A stretch of DNA of 64,000 nucleotides from Glycera tridactyla (Eukaryota). Below, one piece after another: positions 36,424 to 50,025 of this stretch (positions are counted from its first letter, which is position 1; every line of letters starts with the position of its first letter). The notes under the pieces are model-generated. The model was given only the letters and a program-made list of their open reading frames with translations. It did no database searches and was not told the origin of the DNA. The stretch is from the NCBI GenBank assembly GCA_965644265.1, contig OZ286469.1, forward strand, positions 58,776,001-58,840,000, read 5' to 3'. A program made the position numbers and the translations under genes.

Positions 36424-37464
36424 NNNNNNNNNNNNNNNNNNNNNNNNNNNNNNNNNNNNNNNNNNNNNNNNNNNNNNNNNNNNNNNNNNNNNNNNNNNNN
36501 NNNNNNNNNNNNNNNNNNNNNNNNNNNNNNNNNNNNNNNNNNNNNNNNNNNNNNNNNNNNNNNNNNNNNNNNNNNNNNNNNNNNNNNNNNNNNNNNNNNN
36601 NNNNNNNNNNNNNNNNNNGTTAGTAATCAGTGACCCCCTCTTGGGTCGGCATATATTATCCAGGCTTGTGACGTCAACGCTGCTAAATATAGCATCATAC
36701 CTGACAGAGAAAGATCTATGGCGCCCAAAATAGAGCCAGTGTCCCAAAAATAACTGCACTAGTCATAAAAATAGCCACCTCCGGTGATCATTTAATCCTT
36801 CCTACCGCGGAAGATAGCTACAAATAGCAACAATAGTTCTACACATTCTCCGATATTCTGGAAGGATCTACACCTCACAAACATTCCTCTCATAGAAGCT
36901 GAACACCAGATGATAGGAGGCAAAAAAATGAGTATGGATAGTTGACAGCTGAAACACACACCTACTCATGTACAAAAACGATGGGGTCATCTCTGACATA
37001 TCGAATGATCTGACTGGCTGAAATTTGACACTCAAGCCCGAGAGAATGCTTACAAAGTGCAGTGATCATAACATAGCCTTCACTGAAGGCGGATCTCGCA
37101 TTGGTGAAGCTGCAAAACATCCCTTACTTAGGGAAGCATATTTTCCTGAAATTTATTAGCGCATTACCACGCTGCTGCTTCAATGATGGGTGCATACACG
37201 ATTCTTGATATACTGGACGATGTGAATACAGAATACAGTATCGGTGAAGGCCCTGGTTGGCATTCATTAGTGGATGATATGAAATGCCTCGGTCTCAAGT
37301 TTGGCGTGGTTGGGCACAGGAGCAATCACTTGGAGCATTTGTTTCTGAAAAATAATTTCCCTCAATTGAATGTGACTGATTGAAAGACCCCACACATGAT
37401 TGGCGTCCATTTAGGGATGCTATGAAGTACCCCTGTATCATGCAAACACGTGGTTGGAGGTATG

Positions 37465-38710
37465 CACCATTGCTGGAAAAAATATTTATGAAATCAACCA
37501 GGATCGTGTTGGAAGACGCCATACACACCTGATATTCATTAGGGAATGCTATGAAATAACTATATACCATGTCGGATGTTGCTAGGGACTGGCATGATTG
37601 CTGGAAAGATAGATGTGTGAGGAGTATTTTCGGCCTCAAAACTCAGAATGACTTAATGAATCCAAGACACATCCGATGTCCCAACTTTGCAGATGCCAAT
37701 TTCTCTTAGCTCACCCAAGATCTAATCATTCCATCTAGATATATTTGTAGTCTGAATAAGTTGGTTCTAAATGTGATGACTCATCGAAATCAAATAAGTT
37801 CTGAAAATACTTGAGTTGGGAAGTTTGCAATCAATCATCCCAGAACACGATTACATCTTGTCCCATCTTTGAATATCTCTGGTGTAATATGTAGAAATAT
37901 GGTCACATCATAAGCGTTCGGTCGATACGCCATCATATCCGACTCCTGAGACGCCTCTCAATCGAGATGAAATATTGGTTTTTAGGTGCACAACATAGAA
38001 AGATGATATTGGTAAACCTACAGAACAGAATCCTTTTATTCAATATGGGTGTTTTGGAATACAATTTGGAATACAATGAATAACCACCATGTCTGTAACC
38101 AGCATGACGGTAATTGCTGATTGCTTGATTGCTTGATTAATTGAGTGGTCGATGTTCAATGGCATGTATCAACCCAAAGGAATATGTATGCCGTGTGTTC
38201 CTGGCCAATGAAAGCTGGATGTTTTGCCCCCTTTAGAACCCACTTACACAAAACCTGAACACAGAAACCACTTATATAACACCTGTAATGCAGGGGATGG
38301 ACTCACCCACGTGCCCGACTCAATATATCTTGAAAACCTGGAACTGGTGATTTGGCAGAAAATGTTACCATGAACCATGGTTTAGTTTACATATATGCGA
38401 TATATATCATCTGCATATGTGACAGAATCTAGTTTATCATAACATGCAGGTATACGGCATCAGTCTTGAATATTCACCACGGATCACAGAAATACCCCAG
38501 ATGTCATTCTGTATCAGAGGCACCAATCTTTGGAATCGGTTACGATTGTTTGTTTGTGGTTTATCGACATGTATCAACCCATATGATTATGTATGCTATG
38601 TGTTCTGGTCAGTGAAAGCTAGATGTTCTTTTCCCCTGCAGGCACCACTCTCACAAACTGTGAACACAAGATGATGGGGAACCTGAAAGTTTATCAAGTG
38701 GAACTAGCTG
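37465..38710. repeat. Local duplication copy 1 (block X 37465-37738, block Y 37890-38710)
   Basis: X matches 41250-41512; Y matches 40472-41235, with long exact runs and a few indels. Confidence 0.9.
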
Positions 38711-39230
38711 ATGTTAACATAATGAACCTGGAAGTGACATATCTAAGTATGTAACTGGCAGGAAGCTAACACACAAGCCTGATAGCTACGTTTTTTTTAG
38801 CGAAGCACATCACTTGAAACAAGGAAAGGCATCAGGTTTGGAGAATACTCATCCATTGTGTTCAATTACAAACCGTCAACTTCAAAGCAGCTTTTACAAT
38901 TATGGGCACCCCATGCTCACAGTACAATAGCATCACATAACCCAGTGAAACTTGTCACAGCCTTAGTGACCCAGAACTAGTGTGCCTGGTACCTGCCTTT
39001 TGCATAGTGACAATATCTGCTACAGGCAAACCATCAGCCACCTTCACCTGAGAACATTTCACTGAATAAGAAAGAGCATAGACGGATAGGGTGTAATTTT
39101 GGTAGAAGATGCCTAAAGACAGATGACAGAGATTTTAGAAGGTATGTTCTCATTCAACCCCAACACCAAAAGATATTTAGGAAAAGAGAAGGGATGATGC
39201 TAAACCTGAGAATGCGATACTTCAAATAAC
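38545..39230 (-). mobile_element. Long copy of family B
   Basis: Reverse complement of 16260-16940. Confidence 0.75.
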
Positions 39231-39989
39231 TGTAGTACATGTTAGTCATTGGATCAACAACAACTTTTGGTAACTCACCACTACCAAACATGGAACTCAA
39301 CTCTGACTCAGAGAGGCTAAGATGAGTTATGATAGACTCTGAATTGGAAATTGTTAGAGTATATGTCCATCACCAGATTCTCGTGCTCATTGACAAGTTG
39401 CTCATACCCACTACAAAGAAAATCAAACACTTCCAGGAATGAGTCATACCAAGTATAGAGGCGTTCTTGATCCTTCCTTTGCAACTGCAAATACTGCGTG
39501 GATGTAGAAAGGCAGGAACACTTCCACACTTCGACCTGCAGTGTATTGTAACCGATGTACTTAGCATTGTTATCATCATTATCTATAATGTTCTAAATTG
39601 AATATCTTATGTATTGCAATGTTATGTTAGTAATGTGTATTTTGTCGATTGTAATATGTTATGGACCCTAATCTCCAATCTGAGAGAGAATCTATGCAAA
39701 CAGATTTTTCAACTGATTCATTAGAAAATAACTATCCTCTGTCCCACTTGAAGAGACCGTCAATCATGAATGAATTCTGTCAATCCTCTTTAAAGTGAAT
39801 GTCACTGTAAACACCAGCGCTCGGCATTCACATGTTTGCATTCCCTAGATGTATACGGAATCAGATGTATCATGTTTTTCGCAATGTTCCTGCTATTTTC
39901 CTACTCCGGTGAACAAACAGTGGGTGCTTCCATGCACTGCAGAAAAGCAACAAATCACAATTTGAGCAGTGATAATGGATATGCATGCA

Positions 39990-40470
39990 TGCACGTGTGT
40001 GCGCGTGCGTGCGGTCTTGCCATTATTGCGTTTCGCTGCCAACACTACCAATAAAACAACCTATACCACCACCACCACCATCACCATCGATACCACCATC
40101 AACATCACCGCCAAAACCACAGCCGTTACCAACACCACCACTAGCACCACAAGCAATAACAATAACATCTACACCACCTCCTCGACCACCAACAATGATG
40201 ATGACCATCATCATTACCAACACCATGTGCCACTGCTACTGCAACTGACACCACCACCACAACCATCGACACCATTTCACTCTACACCGTCACCACAACT
40301 AACATCAACATCAATAACATCCTCACCACAATCATTACGATAACGACGATGACCACCATCGTCACTAACACCATTACCAAGTGCCGCCACGGCCATCACC
40401 ACACCCACCAACTAACTCTACACTACCATCACTACCACCACCGCCAACAACAACAACAACAACAACAACG
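39990..40470. repeat. Mixed (CAC/AAC/CAT)n trinucleotide tract (similar at 41510-41588 and 41890-41965)
   Basis: Direct reading. Confidence 0.9.
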
Positions 40471-40471
40471 A

Positions 40472-41512
40472 TATGTGGAAATATGGTCACATCATGAGCA
40501 ATTTGGTCGATACGCCATCATATCGGACTCCTTATGTGCACATAATAGAAAGATGATATTGGTAATTCTACAGAACGGAATCCTTTTATTCAATATGGGT
40601 GTTTTGGAATACAATGAATAATCACCATTCCTGTAACCAGCATGACGGTAATTGCTGATTGGTTGATTGATTGATTGATTGATTGGTCGATGTTCAATGG
40701 CATGTATCAACTCAAAGGAATATGTATGCCGTGTGTTCCTGGCCAATGGAAGCTGGATGTTTTGTCCCCTTTGAAACCCACTTACACAAAACCTGAACAC
40801 AGAAACCACTTACATAACACACCCCCACGTGCCTGACTCAATATATCTTGAAACCCTGGAACTGGTGATTTGGCAGAAAATGTTACCATGAACCATGGTT
40901 TAGTTTACATAGATGCGATATATATCATCTTCATATGTGACAGAATCTAGTTTATTATAACATGCAGGTATACGGAATCAGTCTTGAATATTCACCACGG
41001 ATCACAGAAATACCCCGGATGTCATTCTGTATCAGAGGCACCAATCTTTGGAATCGGTTACGATTGTTTGTTTGTGGTTTATCGACATGTATCAACCCAT
41101 ATGATTATGTATGCTATGTGTTCTGGTCAGTGAAAGCTAGATGTTCTTTTCCCCTGCAGGCACCACTCTCACAAGCCGTGAACAGAACACAAGATGATGG
41201 GGAACCTGAAAGTTTGTCAAGTGGAACTAGCTGATGTTCAAGACACACCTCTTGCTGGAAAAATTATTTATGAAAAATGTTTTCGTCCCCCTGGATTGCG
41301 TTGGAAGACCCCATGCATACCTGATATTTATTAGGGAATGCTATGAAATAACTATACACCATGTCGAATGTTGCTAGGGACTGGCATGATTGCTGGAAAG
41401 ATAGATGTGTGGGGAGTATTTTCGGCCTCAAAACTCAGAATGACTTAATGAATCCAAGATACATCCGATGTCCCAACTTTGCAGCTCACCCAAGATCTAA
41501 TCATTCCATCTA
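40472..41512. repeat. Local duplication copy 2 (order Y then X)
   Basis: See copy 1; ORFs 38444 and 40962 are near-identical translations. Confidence 0.9.
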
Positions 41513-42099
41513 ACGACGATGACCACCATAATCACCAACACCTCCACCCGCTGCTGCTGCAACTGTTGCCACAAGCGCATCGACTTACNNNNNNNNNNNN
41601 NNNNNNNNNNNNNNNNNNNNNNNNNNNNNNNNNNNNNNNNNNNNNNNNNNNNNNNNNNNNNNNNNNNNNNNNNNNNNNNNNNNNNNNNNNNNNNNNNNNN
41701 NNNNNNNNNNNNNNNNNNNNNNNNNNCAAAGCAAACTAATACTCATTGTACATCACCAAAAATAACAATATCTGCTCACTGTACACCTTCAACTCGACCA
41801 TCCCAATATAATGACAAGGACGATGACCACCTTCACCATCACCGGCCACCGCTGCTGCCGCCATCACATTTCACTTTACAGTGCCATTAGGACCACCACC
41901 ACTACCACCACCACCACCACCGCTACCACCACCAGCCTTTTCACCACAATCACCACTACCACAAAATGATCCCATAAGTCGATTGTTTTTCGGTGAGCCA
42001 TATTCCCAAGCTTCTCTTTTCGTTTTTCTTCCCGTATGTTTCATATATAAAATAGCTCAGTGCACCAGCGAGTATGCTCAGCGTTGCGGGCGAAATAGA

Positions 42100-43065
42100 T
42101 GATTGATTGATTGCCTGTCGTTTAACGGCATGTATCAACTCAGAGGATTATGTATGCCATGCATTTCCCCTTGGAGATATCACTCCCACAATCCCTGAAC
42201 ACAAGGTGATGGAGAGCCAAGTGGAAGTGGCTGACAGTTCAGACACACTACCAAATATCCAACATGAATATGGTGAACCTCAATATGGCATATCTGTAAC
42301 TGACTGGAAGCTGACACTGAAGCTTGGTAGCAATCCTTCATTTTAAGCAAATAAATTGATAACGCCAGTGCTACAGTGATCAATTTCATGCGAGTCATCA
42401 GCGAGGATGCTATATAGGGCCTGGTTGCTATTATACAGGAGCGACCGCAATGCGAATCAACAGAGAAGGTCCGTATTCATATCAACCGTTGTTCAGATGT
42501 CACCAGGGACCATCTCGCAAACATATAGGCCTCTTTGAACGGATGGGCGCTACCAATCGCTACGCTCTCCACTGCAATTAACATAGATTTGGAGTGTATT
42601 TCGACATGTTTGAGATGATCCCCGGGTGATTTCGCAATAAGCAACTATTGAGCGAGCTCATTTCGAGCGCTTCGACCGACGTCATGGCGAGCGAGCATAG
42701 ATGTGTTACAATCACTAATCATGGGCCATTCGCCGTTATGTGGCGCCTGGTTCACCATAGGCTAGCAGCAATATAACCAATATACAAGGACCTCCAGTAC
42801 TCGTGCACTCACCCTACCTGACTACTATTATGGCGTTTATTTGCGAGTGCGTCAGCGGCGGATTTATAGCAATGAGGCCTTCAACCAAACATACAATTGT
42901 TTTGTTTGTTTGTTTGTTTGAGGTTTAACGGCATGTATCAACCCACGGGATTATGTATGCCGTGTATTCCTGGTTAATGAAAGCTAGATGTTCTCTCCCC
43001 TGCAGACATCACTCCAACAAACCCTGAACACAAGATGATGGGGAACCTGAAAGGTTGTCAAACAT
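42100..43065 (-). mobile_element. Two family B copies (42100-42335, 42900-43065)
   Basis: Each begins with a (GATT)/(GTTT) tail + TTTAACGGCATGTATCAAC. Confidence 0.75.
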
Positions 43066-43146
43066 ACAAACTCAAAACTAGACCTTTGTCACAGAGGTGA
43101 CTAAATATACCCCCGCCGCTTTGATACTAAGACTGTATGCAGTATG

Positions 43147-43330
43147 GCCAAGATATAGCCCACCTGTCTATAAAGGCTACCGACTGTCACCAAAAAGTGA
43201 CCTTTGTAGACATGTGATTTTAATAGAGGTCATTTACCGGTGAAAAACGTATCATGGTCGCAGCTCAGGGTGACATTTATAAGCGGGTGGTCTTTATGGA
43301 GAGGTGGTCTCTCAAGCAGGTTCGACTATG
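43147..43330. mobile_element. Degenerate copy of the 4145-type MITE
   Basis: ATGGTCGCAGCTCAGGGTG...GGTGGTCTTTATGGAGAGGTGGTCTCTCAAGCAGGTTCGACT. Confidence 0.7.
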
Positions 43331-43539
43331 TGAGTGCATCCATGTGTGCGTATTTGTGTTGTGGGTCTGTTATGTAATTGTGGAGAGAGCAAAGGAATGG
43401 ACGACTGTCATAGAGCAGATCAGTAGAAGCACGTCTATCACCAGAGAATCTTACATAACCATGAAAGGAAAGCCAAGGGGAGTGTGAGAGGCCTTACACC
43501 ATACAGACAATTAATGAGTCTCGTTGATTACGCTGTCTC

Positions 43540-43833
43540 AATGAATTCTAAACATACAGATACAACCAAATATACAGATACAAACAATTTTACTTTTTCT
43601 TGAATAACTTTTGAATTTGTTGACCAATCTGCATGAAAATTGTGTCTTGCATATCTACACTTCATGGTGATGACATATGCAAAGTCACAATCCAATAGCT
43701 TAAGAAATGTAGGAGTAGTTCGAGGGACAATTTTTTGTGGACAGACCAACTGACCAACCGCCCGCCCGACCGACCAACCATCAGAGTGACCCCAGTATAC
43801 CCCCTTCCAAACTTCGTTTGGGCGGGGGTATAA
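43540..43833 (+). mobile_element. 3' end of a Helentron-associated (HINE-like) element
   Basis: (GACC/CAAC) microsatellite, then terminal stem-loop TATACCCCC-TT-CCAAAC TTC GTTTGG-GC-GGGGGTATA (43796-43832). Confidence 0.6.
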
Positions 43834-44689
43834 CAAGCGAACGAAGGGGTCTAAGTGAATCATAAAAAAAAACATATTACCAATTGGATACAGATATATA
43901 TTGTGTAGGTTTGAATATTTAACCGAGCGGTGGGCAAAGGTTCTTTATCACATGGATGTGACATTTTTATAGAAGTATCAGGTGTTGAGTATGGCGTGTG
44001 ATACCTCACAGCTGGGCGAGAACTACTTTTTGATGAAATATCCCCTAATCCATTTGATGAGATCCGCTGTGAATTTCTCGAGGTGTTACCCGGCCTCTGG
44101 CCTCGTGACATCTGGTGAGATTCACACCTCGATTGGTATTGCGTTTTCACTTCACGGCCATATAGTCTTGCTATAATACTCAAAGACAATGTCATTCCGA
44201 TGCAACAAAAGGAGGTAGTAGTTGTCTTTACTGGACAACACATACCAATGGTGTAATCACGAACATCTAATTCCACCTTTTCCTCCAGTCTGGCTATGAT
44301 TTCGATATTCTGCATTATCAACTTCTCGAATGGAGTGATTGGCCAGAATCAAGAAGTCGGGCCAAGCTCCCAGGCAGTCACACTTCACCCACATACACTT
44401 ACATTCAACTACCGGAATCCTAAGACTATTTGTGGGGGGGGGGCACATCACGCATGGTAGTGGGGGGGGGGGGGGGCATTGCCAGCTGTATCAGTGGGGC
44501 AGTCAGAACAATGGGATTCATCTCCTTGATTTGCCGATGCAAACTAAATACGTCCATCAGTGTAGTGGACACAATGGCAGAGCACTGTCACTGGACCAAT
44601 GACTCGAACTGACTACTTGTTTCTTGGATGATTGGTGTCTTCAACCACAGGAAAACTAAGTCTTAATTAAAATGTAAATGTAGTGGTTT

Positions 44690-44900
44690 ATAGTCTAGTA
44701 TCCATAGCAAGTTCACCCGACTTTACAAATACCTTCCTTGGCAGGCCTATTCAAGCTTGAGCCTTTCCCATCTCCCTGGGGAGTATACAAGCACAGACAC
44801 ACAGGGTTAACTGCATGGGCTAAGCACTCTGCAATCACCATCACTGCCTATAGCCAAGTACCCATTCACACCTGGTTGAAGTGAAGTGGTGGAGTACAGA
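44690..44900 (-). mobile_element. SINE with L2-like tail (related fragment at 18075-18160)
   Basis: Minus strand CCAGGTGTGAATGGGTAC...ATACTCCCCAGGGAG...TGTAAAGTCG...TATAAA. Confidence 0.5.
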
Positions 44901-46649
44901 GGTTCCACCTCCACACAGAATGCCTCCTAATGTGTATCGCAGATCATACAGATCTGTGTAATGGTGGATACCTGATTGTGTTGAGAGAATTAACTGGGGG
45001 TCAAAACTGATTGTCTGACAAGATTGGGCCACACATGATGGATTGTCAGGAGTGGTGGATTAGACTTCTTTCATTATACATGTCGAGCAGCTAGGAATTA
45101 TACTGGATGCCTGGATGTTCTGTGAGATGGAAAACAGATCAGAAGCAGCAGACAGCTATTTCCATGAAAATAAGGGTCTTTACCACAAGTGTACCCACAT
45201 AGAGGTTTGCAAGATAGGGCCAGTTTGCTGGACCCATGGTCTGACCAGTAGTCTTTTAGACTACAGAAAAGTCAGAATAACAATCTGTCAGATCTGACAT
45301 AAACATGATGACCTTAGAAGATGGCATATCTAATTATATAACTGACTGGAAGCTAACACTCAAGCCTGATACTATTGTTTTCATTATGAGCAAAGCTCAT
45401 CCCTTGAATGGAGGAAATACCCAGATGAGAAATTGCCGGGAGGCAGTGTTGTTCATTTGACAGGTGGCCCGTTGAAGTCTGGCCCACCAGCACACTTCCA
45501 TCTCTAAGGAATGCCCACCTCATGCCTGCCATGTGATTAGATAGATATGATTTGCTTCCATCAAACACAGAGTAGCATGTGGCTGGTTACTTCCTATCAA
45601 CACAGACTTGTTGTTTTAACTCAAGGTTTATATCTACGGAATGTCAACGATGCTGCCAGTTCCAATAATAGCCTAGGTACTGATCATGTTGAGGGTATTT
45701 TCTGAAGAAAATCCATGATAGTGTAATTCCACTACATATTTGGGATTATTATTCTTCTGAGTCGTGAGTAGGGTGAAAAGTCATGTCACAGTGATATTAA
45801 TAGTGAAAACTGGTGAAAACACCAGAATTTTAGAAGCTAAGAATCCATGAGACTCAGTTGCATATACGTTCTACCACCTGGAGAAAAATGGCAGTTTGAA
45901 ATAAAGGTAACAAAACTAAATATGTTGAACAGTGTGTTTGGCTTCTTATTCTGGAGACCACCTCATCATGGATTAAACCCATGAATCATTGAAGGATGGA
46001 GACGAAAACAACTACCAATGGGCGGGGTAAGGTGCAAATTGTCTTATCTAAACGGATGTCTTTGATGTATCACTTCACTCGTCACTATTATTGACTTAAT
46101 GAAACTGATCTCAGGTGTGCAGATCGGCTTTTCTCCATGGTTGAAAAGTCGTTTTTCTCTATATTTTGGTGGTATTCACAATTTGCCGTGTTCAATCAGC
46201 AAAATCATGTGGTCAGCCTATATGCGAGACATCGACTGAATCCCGACTTTTGGAGGCGGAATCGTACCCCTGTGCTTATATACAAGTATATACGGTACTG
46301 TACTGTTACATCAAAGATAAGATGAGATAAGATAGATTTTATTTAAAGTCGCTCCATTTACAAACAAAAAACATTAGCTATAGAGCTATTAGGCGACTGA
46401 CAAGTAGTCAAATAAAAGAACTGAAAGATGGGAGATGAAAGCAGTACAATGATCATGAGATGATGGTCGAATACTTTTACACACTCAAGCACACANNNNN
46501 NNNNNNNNNNNNNNNNNNNNNNNNNNNNNNNNNNNNNNNNNNNNNNNNNNNNNNNNNNNNNNNNNNNNNNNNNNNNNNNNNNNNNNNNNNNNNNNNNNNN
46601 NNNNNNNNNNNNNNNNNNNNNNNNNTATGTATCATAAAAGCCAAAGTAT

Positions 46650-46845
46650 GTCACTTGGCACCCTGGTTCCTAAAGAATTTATGCCATGTGTCGTAGTTCT
46701 CACTTTAGCCTGCAGAAGTTGTCTGCCACCTCTCATTCTATAAACACTGGCCTTTTCATTGAACTGGTCAAACATAAAAGGAGGGCTCATCTTATTGATG
46801 CATTTGTAGGTCTCAATTGCAAGAGATCTCATCGCAGCTGCGGGC
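46650..46845 (-). pseudogene. L2/Crack RT C-terminal fragment
   Basis: MRSLAIETYKCINKMSPPFMFDQF...YRMRGG...KVRTTTHGINS resembles the ETFKILNKLSP...RTTxYGxNSF tail of L2/Crack ORF2. Confidence 0.75.
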
Positions 46846-47299
46846 CTCGTTTTTGTTTTTTTATCTATCTTTTTCGGGGGGGGGGGGGGGGAGGGGGGGG
46901 GAGGGGTCAGAGTTTCATCAACTATGGACAATAGACCATACGTCGGACACCCACGCGATTATCGAATGTGTCAGCAACGCCATCACATCTTTGCTACGTC
47001 AGGATGTTCATCTCGTTCTGGGAGAGAAAATCATTCCGTTGCCTGGACGACAAGATCATTACATTTTCCAGTGAAGGGTCCATATTTGGAACGCCAAGAT
47101 TGAACGTCAGGGTTAGGTAAAAAGATATTGTCGACATTCAACTGCAAATATCATTCTATAGGAGCTCACCTTGTTGTATCCTGATGCTTTTTAGGGATCA
47201 AACAAAAACTAGAGTAACCACGACCAATGCGATGACCATAGTGAAGATTTGGATAAAGGTCTCATCAGACAAGACCGCTTCTGACTTATCTGAGAAAGG

Positions 47300-47575
47300 T
47301 CTGTTTGTTTGAGGTTTGACGGTATGTATAAACCCATAGGATCATGTATGCCTTGTGTTCCTGGTCAATGAAAGCTAGATGCTCTCTCCATTGCAGACAC
47401 CATTCAAACAAACCCTGAACACAAGATGATCGGGAACTTGAGAGGTTGTCAAGTGGAAGTGGCTGACAGTTCAGACAGGCCTCTAACTCCTGAGCATGAA
47501 CATAATGAACCTGAAGATGGCACATATAACTATGTAACTGGCTGGAAGCTGACACTCAAGCCTGATAGCTGTGTT
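47300..47575 (-). mobile_element. Family B copy
   Basis: GTTTGTTTGAGGTTTGACGGTATGTATAAACCC...GGAAGCTGACACTCAAGCCTGATAGC. Confidence 0.8.
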
Positions 47576-47929
47576 TTTTGCCACTCTGAGAATTATAAAA
47601 TGTTGCTATGGAGATGATTTGGCTGAATAGTTTGAGCGATGTGACATCAAAGCTTAAGGTTTTCTGAGAGTTGAGTGTGTCCATGTGGCCCATCAACTAG
47701 AAATATAGACATCCACGTGTGTAGCTCATGAATACATGGATGATACAGCAAGCTACACATGCGCGCACGCACGCACACACATACACACACGCGACCCCTC
47801 ACCCACCCACATACACATATACACACACACACACATGCACCCACACCCACACGCACACGTATGCACACACGCACACACACAACCACACACACACACACAC
47901 ACACACACAATTTTTTTTAGTGATAGAAA

Positions 47930-48095
47930 TCATGTCAGAGACATATTGTACTGGCAACAGGTCCATGAAATGTGTTCCAAATGCCCAAATTATTTTTTGG
48001 CTTGTATGGGATTTGAACCATCAACCTTCCAGTTTGGCACCCTCGCCAGCAACAAACTGCCAACGCTCTTGTCCTCTGCCCCACGGCCAATCCAC
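47930..48095 (-). mobile_element. tRNA-derived SINE head
   Basis: Minus strand TGGCCGTGGGGCAGAGG (A-box-like) ... GATGGTTCAAATCCC (B-box). Confidence 0.5.
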
Positions 48096-48459
48096 AAAAA
48101 TGGATCTGCAATGGAGGCAGTTAAGCCAGAGCGCTGGCAGTGTGTTACCCCCAGAGGTCCCACACCCCAAACACACACACACAACCACACCCCAAACACA
48201 CACACACACGCACACAAACACGCACACACACACTGGCCACATGTCAAGATGATGGGTCATCACCTGTTTATCGATGGTGAATGGGAACATTAAAGCTGGT
48301 CCCATTGACTAATGGCAGGAGATAATGGTGAACCGAAAAGGCAAAAATTGGGACCGAGTGCCCGGGCTCACCAACAAGCTCTGGGACATCCCTTCTCTTC
48401 TTCACGAAAGATTTCGATCTGGGTGGTTGAATGAAATCACATCTTTCTATCGGCTCTTC

Positions 48460-49992
48460 GATTGTTTGTTTGTTTGTTTGAGGTTTAACGGCATGTATCA
48501 ACCCACAGGATTATGTATGCCATGTGTTCCTGGTCGATGAAAGCTAGATGTTCTCTCCCCTGCAGACATCACTCTCACAAACCCTGAACAGTTTCAACTG
48601 ACAACTATTTTGGTAGTCCATCGATACCATTAACTTCGTGGCCAGGTCCAATGAAATTCTGAGGACACCATGAGCGTCATCAATTTAATCTCACCTCCTC
48701 CTCCTATGTCCTTATTGAAAGGTAAAAGTTTTATGAACTGGACACACACTCAAAATGTCATTTGAGGACTCGCACCTGGCGACTGGCTGACATTAACTTC
48801 TGAACTCGACATCTCTATACGGGTTCATTGCGCAGATTTATGGGATTATTGACCAGCAGGAGTTCGTACTGCTCCTGATTTGCAATCTTGTATAGCATAC
48901 GGCGATTGTTTGTTTGTGACATTGCCAGGGTTCATAATCTTTCTGGGAAGTCAAACTCCATACAATTTCCATACCATGACCATCACAAACACAGGCTCTC
49001 TCTCTTTCTGTCTCTCTCCACTTCATTCATTTTTCCCTTTAAATTACCACTTCTCCACTGTAAATCGACGACCATTCTTCTTTTTGAAGAAATTTCTTGT
49101 TTACCATATCACCCGTTGGTCACTCCTCGTGAACTTTGAAAATGTCAGTACATTCATGATCTGTAACTGCGACTCACTGTGAAGTATGAACCCACAATAG
49201 ACTGTAGCAAGCTGCAGAACCATTCATGTCTCAGCATCCAACAGATTCACAACATGTATCTTGGCAGTGATCGGTAATCTCACTTCATTGTTCCCACAAA
49301 AAAAGAGCTGATTCTATGCTGGTTATCACAAAATTCCATACATTTTCCAGGTATGGAAAATGTTGCAATCAGATTCGGTACATTTGAAAACTTTCCAAAC
49401 CGACTATGAGCCCTGCTTAACGGCATGTGATACCCCAGAGGATTATATAAGCAGCTCCTCGTCAATTAAAGCTGGATGTTCTGTCCCCTGCAGGCATCAC
49501 TTAGACAAGCCCTGAGCACAAGATGATGGGAAACCTGAAGGAGAGTCAATTGGATGGAAGAAGCTGACAGTACACCTCTACCTACTCAACATGGACATAT
49601 AAAACAGAATGAATGCATATATAACTATGTGACTGGTTGGAAGCTGACACTCAAGCCTGACAGCAATGCTGTTCAATTACGAAGTGCCAACTTTAAACCA
49701 GCTTTACAATCATTGGTGCCCTTTACTCGCCGGACAACCCCTCACTATTCACCGCAACATGTAGCGTACGTTTAACCATGCAGGCAAAAAGGTTCAGAGT
49801 ACCCAAAGCATGCATTACTGCCCATGTCAGGCCGGCTCCCCATGACAGCACGATCGAAAGGTAATCCAATAATGAAAGATCTCAAATATAACTACATCAT
49901 TGGAATTCTCGATAGTCGCCAAGCTACTTGAACATACTATGCACAGACACTTAATCAAGTCAGACCAGATGCGAGTTTGGTTGGAACGTTGG

Positions 49993-50025
<33 letters not shown>

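Noticed and set aside
39969-40621. Thr/Pro/Gln-rich mucin-like ORFs
   Set aside because: Trinucleotide low-complexity tract with no splice or domain support.
43860-44330. Possible decayed RT segment / 153-aa ORF
   Set aside because: Only vague motif echoes; cannot be supported by eye.
47990-48095. tRNA gene
   Set aside because: Has A/B-box-like words but no clean cloverleaf; treated as a SINE head.
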